DNA of 64,000 nt, taken from the NCBI GenBank assembly GCA_965113315.1, contig OZ220375.1. One strand, written 5' to 3'. The stretch is from Podarcis vaucheri. Lineage: Eukaryota. A model generated the notes under the pieces. It worked only from the letters and a program-made list of their open reading frames with translations. It was not told where the DNA came from and ran no database searches. Each line of letters begins with the position of its first letter. Position 1 is the stretch's first letter. Positions 61,237 to 64,000 of the stretch are shown piece after piece. A program made the translations under genes and the position numbers.

Positions 61237-63668
61237 AATAGACTGATGTCAATAAATCCTTGGATTTATCTTGTAGTAGTGCTGGGAAATTGAATGTGGG
61301 GGCTTGGAACACTATAGCTAGGGCTTGAGATTTCAGTTTTTCTTTAAAGCCTATGTGTTGTTCCAAATATTCAGTTTAGTAGTATGCCAGAATCTTTTCT
61401 CCAATTTATTGAACAACCCCCCCCCCAGCACTATTTCATATCATTCCAAAATATTGTAATGGGAAATCTGCTTATTTGGAAGATGCTATCTGTATTAACA
61501 TTTTATTTTTCCTGAAAGGATTAAATCTTTGGTGAAAATACATGAAATATAAGCCATCAACAATTCTATTTCTATACCTCCCGTATGTGTCATTTTTAAT
61601 GAAATACAACTGTTTCCAAATATACCACTTGAACATCAATTTAAAATTAGAGAGCTGGATCCAAATTTGGTCATGCTTGGGGAAAGCCTATTGAAATCAG
61701 TTAGGGTAGTCAAGCACGAATAGAAATGTAGGCAAAGAATAAAAATTCCAGGTTTGAAAGGACTACCTTCCCAGGTTGATGAGCCCCATCTGCTACACAT
61801 ACCCACACACATTCACACACACACTATGTTGGTTGCTTTTGTTTTGCTCTGCTTAATCTGTAATGTAATTATTCTTGCATATTGTCTTTTTCTTTTCTGT
61901 TATCATAACCAATAAAATAATGCATTTCCATCATGACACTTATTGGCATCTGTTTCAAGAAACAATAGATTGTACCTCCACAGTGAAGTGGAGCATTAGT
62001 AGCACCAAAGTGACTATTTAGGTTGTTAATATTGTGCATATGGAAACAGGGAGCTGCCTGTACTCGGAGTTTTAATTTGTCAGATACAATCATGAGCTTA
62101 CATTATTGGTATGGTATTGATATTGTCTTTTAAAAAAGCAGTTATTAAGTGGTTACATAAATAGACACTGATTTCATTAAAAATATGTTCTTTTTGAGAA
62201 ACCTCTGGTCTTTCAGATGTTGCTTGAGTATAGATCCCATTGCACCTAACCATTAGCCATGTTGCCTGGGGCTGGAGGGAGTTGGAGTCCACATTACATC
62301 TGAGGACCATAGTTTCCTGCCCTTGTGTTATTCTTCAACTATATAAGATGTTAACTGCAATTTTTAAATGCCATTTTTAGCATCACTTGATATCTTTCAG
62401 AAACTAGTGTTGTCTGTGGTCCACTTGTGAAAAGCATAAAGCCTGCACATCAGACTCCTAGTCTTGATCTGGATGGGGGGCCTGCACATTTCTTTAAAAA
62501 GTAAAGTAGTTGGTGTTTTGCTTCAGGAAACAAGATCCACAGCAATTTGTTACAACTTGCATTACTACAGGCTGAGATCAACCAGAGTATGAGGAAGAGA
62601 TGAAGCTGGGAAGCATGGAGACCCAAACTGACATCAAATACCTCGCATTTTCACACGGACATTTGGGTTTTTTTGTGCTACTATGGGGGGAAATGTGAGA
62701 ACTGAAACACAGTTGACCTTGATAATGCATACTTCTAAAAATTTTGTAACATAGCTTCTCTGCCAAATAATGCATGCATTTACTGGGTTGTGGTGTTCGT
62801 GCCTAAAATTCATAAAAAAGTGTATATTTGGGAACATTTACAATAAAATACTGAGGAATATTCATGAGGATTAAAAGAAGAAGACTTTAATATAACGTGG
62901 AAATCTGAATAATTGAATTGAAATAGGGGGCATGGGAGAAACTGAGAGAAACCAACACTGACAGATTCACCCATTACTACTTAGAGTTTGGACAAGAAAT
63001 GAACTGTTTATCTTTGAAATGGTCAGGCAAATATCACTTTTTAAAAGAAGGTGTTAACCTGCTATAGGAACTAACCCTAACCTTCATGGCACAGGACCTC
63101 CAGAGATGCATAGATATTAACCCCATGCCACTCTAAGGTTTATGAAATTAATTCAGGTGAAAAGAATGATTTGTGGGGTAACAGCAGTTTGAGTCAGAGC
63201 ATCTTGGAGCTTTTGCATCTGAAGACTAACAAGATCTCAGGGTGCTTGCTGTCTCCCTGGAGATCTGATGCAGGAGTCGTGAGCTTGGCTGCCAGAATCT
63301 GTGTGCTCATGGGATCAGGTGTTGAAAAGCACCCCAGAGGCCATGCAGCCCAATTCCCCTCACCCCAAAGCTTACATTATTATATATGTACAGATAAATG
63401 AAAGAGTAAGTGGAATCTGTTTAGTAATACTAATAATTTGTAATCAAGAATTAGGAAGGACCCTGTAGGCCATCCACCCAGACTCCTGACAGGTTGCAAC
63501 ATTAATATATAGTTTTTTTAAAAAAAGAAATAAGTCGAAACTACAATGCAAGAGTAAAACTAAAATACTTCTTCCTTCATGTAAGTTTCTCCAAAACACA
63601 AACACCTCAACAAATATATTTTCCCTCTCTGTCCATAGATAAAAAAAACATTTTGTGAAACTAATAAA

Positions 63669-63715
63669 ATGAAAGCAGTAATGAAACTGCTCTATCCAAA
63701 TTCATCCTTCTGGCA
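63669..63715 (+). pseudogene. 5' stub of a fifth OR5V1-like paralog (1-bp frameshift, then interrupted)
   Basis: CTAATAAAATGAAAGCAGTAATGAAACTGCTCTATCCAAATTCATCCTTCTGGCA matches the paralog starts (MDVSNETAPSEFILL) minus 1 nt. The upstream 62430-63660 resembles 47020-48310. Confidence 0.8.
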
Positions 63716-63720
63716 CCCTG

Positions 63721-64000
63721 TTGCAGTGAACTCTACTTGCAGGGGGGGAAAGGCCTAGTGTAAGATGGGTAAAAAAACTGCACAGGACAACATTAGGGGA
63801 TTTAAAAATTGGCCACAACTTTGTTCATTCCAGATGTAGGTAGGCTTTGGCTGAAGCATTGGGCGTATATTCATTCTCAGCCCCATGTTTGGGGCAAGGG
63901 GCTGAGACTTGAGCAGGGTCAAACTTGGAGTGGAAGGACCACCTCAAGGAATCCCTGCCTCCCAATCCTTTGTCAATTGCCCCAGAGGCTTGTCCTTCAA
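63721..64000 (-). mobile_element. LTR-like element copy 4 (3' end; continues beyond the window)
   Basis: TTGGCCACAACTTTGTT at ~63810 is the reverse complement of the family motif AA(T/C)AAAGTTGTGGCCAA; the minus-strand end is ..GTTCACTGCA. Confidence 0.6.

Larger units (their letters stand above)
58500..61400 (+). repeat. Segmental tandem duplicate of ~50330-56760 (without the copia insertion)
   Basis: Near-identical upstream non-coding DNA, OR CDS and 3' flank. An older related upstream block lies at ~46310-46870. Confidence 0.9.

Noticed and set aside
1-64000. CRISPR arrays, operons or other prokaryotic systems
   Set aside because: The sequence is vertebrate, and no regularly spaced repeat-spacer structure was seen.

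Overview
This is vertebrate genomic DNA, almost certainly from a squamate. A lacertid lizard is likely, given a Sauria/Squam1 SINE, a (CTT)n-tailed SINE and Bov-B, CR1 and Penelope fragments. The window is an olfactory receptor (OR) cluster with 8 intact single-exon ORs and 3 disrupted ones. The disrupted copies carry a 2-bp frameshift, a young Ty1/copia insertion, and a frameshift plus an LTR-like insertion at the window end. Four embedded elements stand out. (1) A six-exon vomeronasal type-2 receptor (V2R) has lost most of exon 3 but can still be spliced into one open 644-codon frame. (2) An intronless, decayed MHC class I copy spans the end of alpha1 through alpha3. (3) A very young 3.6-kb copia element has a fully open Gag-protease-integrase ORF but no RT/RNase H; it knocked out an otherwise intact OR. 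(4) A Penelope insertion just downstream of an OR forms a ~200-bp inverted repeat with a minimal hammerhead-ribozyme motif in each arm. The right third is a tandem array of five OR5V1-like paralogs showing patchwork gene conversion and a micro-inversion. There are three assembly N-gaps. All family assignments come from motif recognition by eye; no database search was run.
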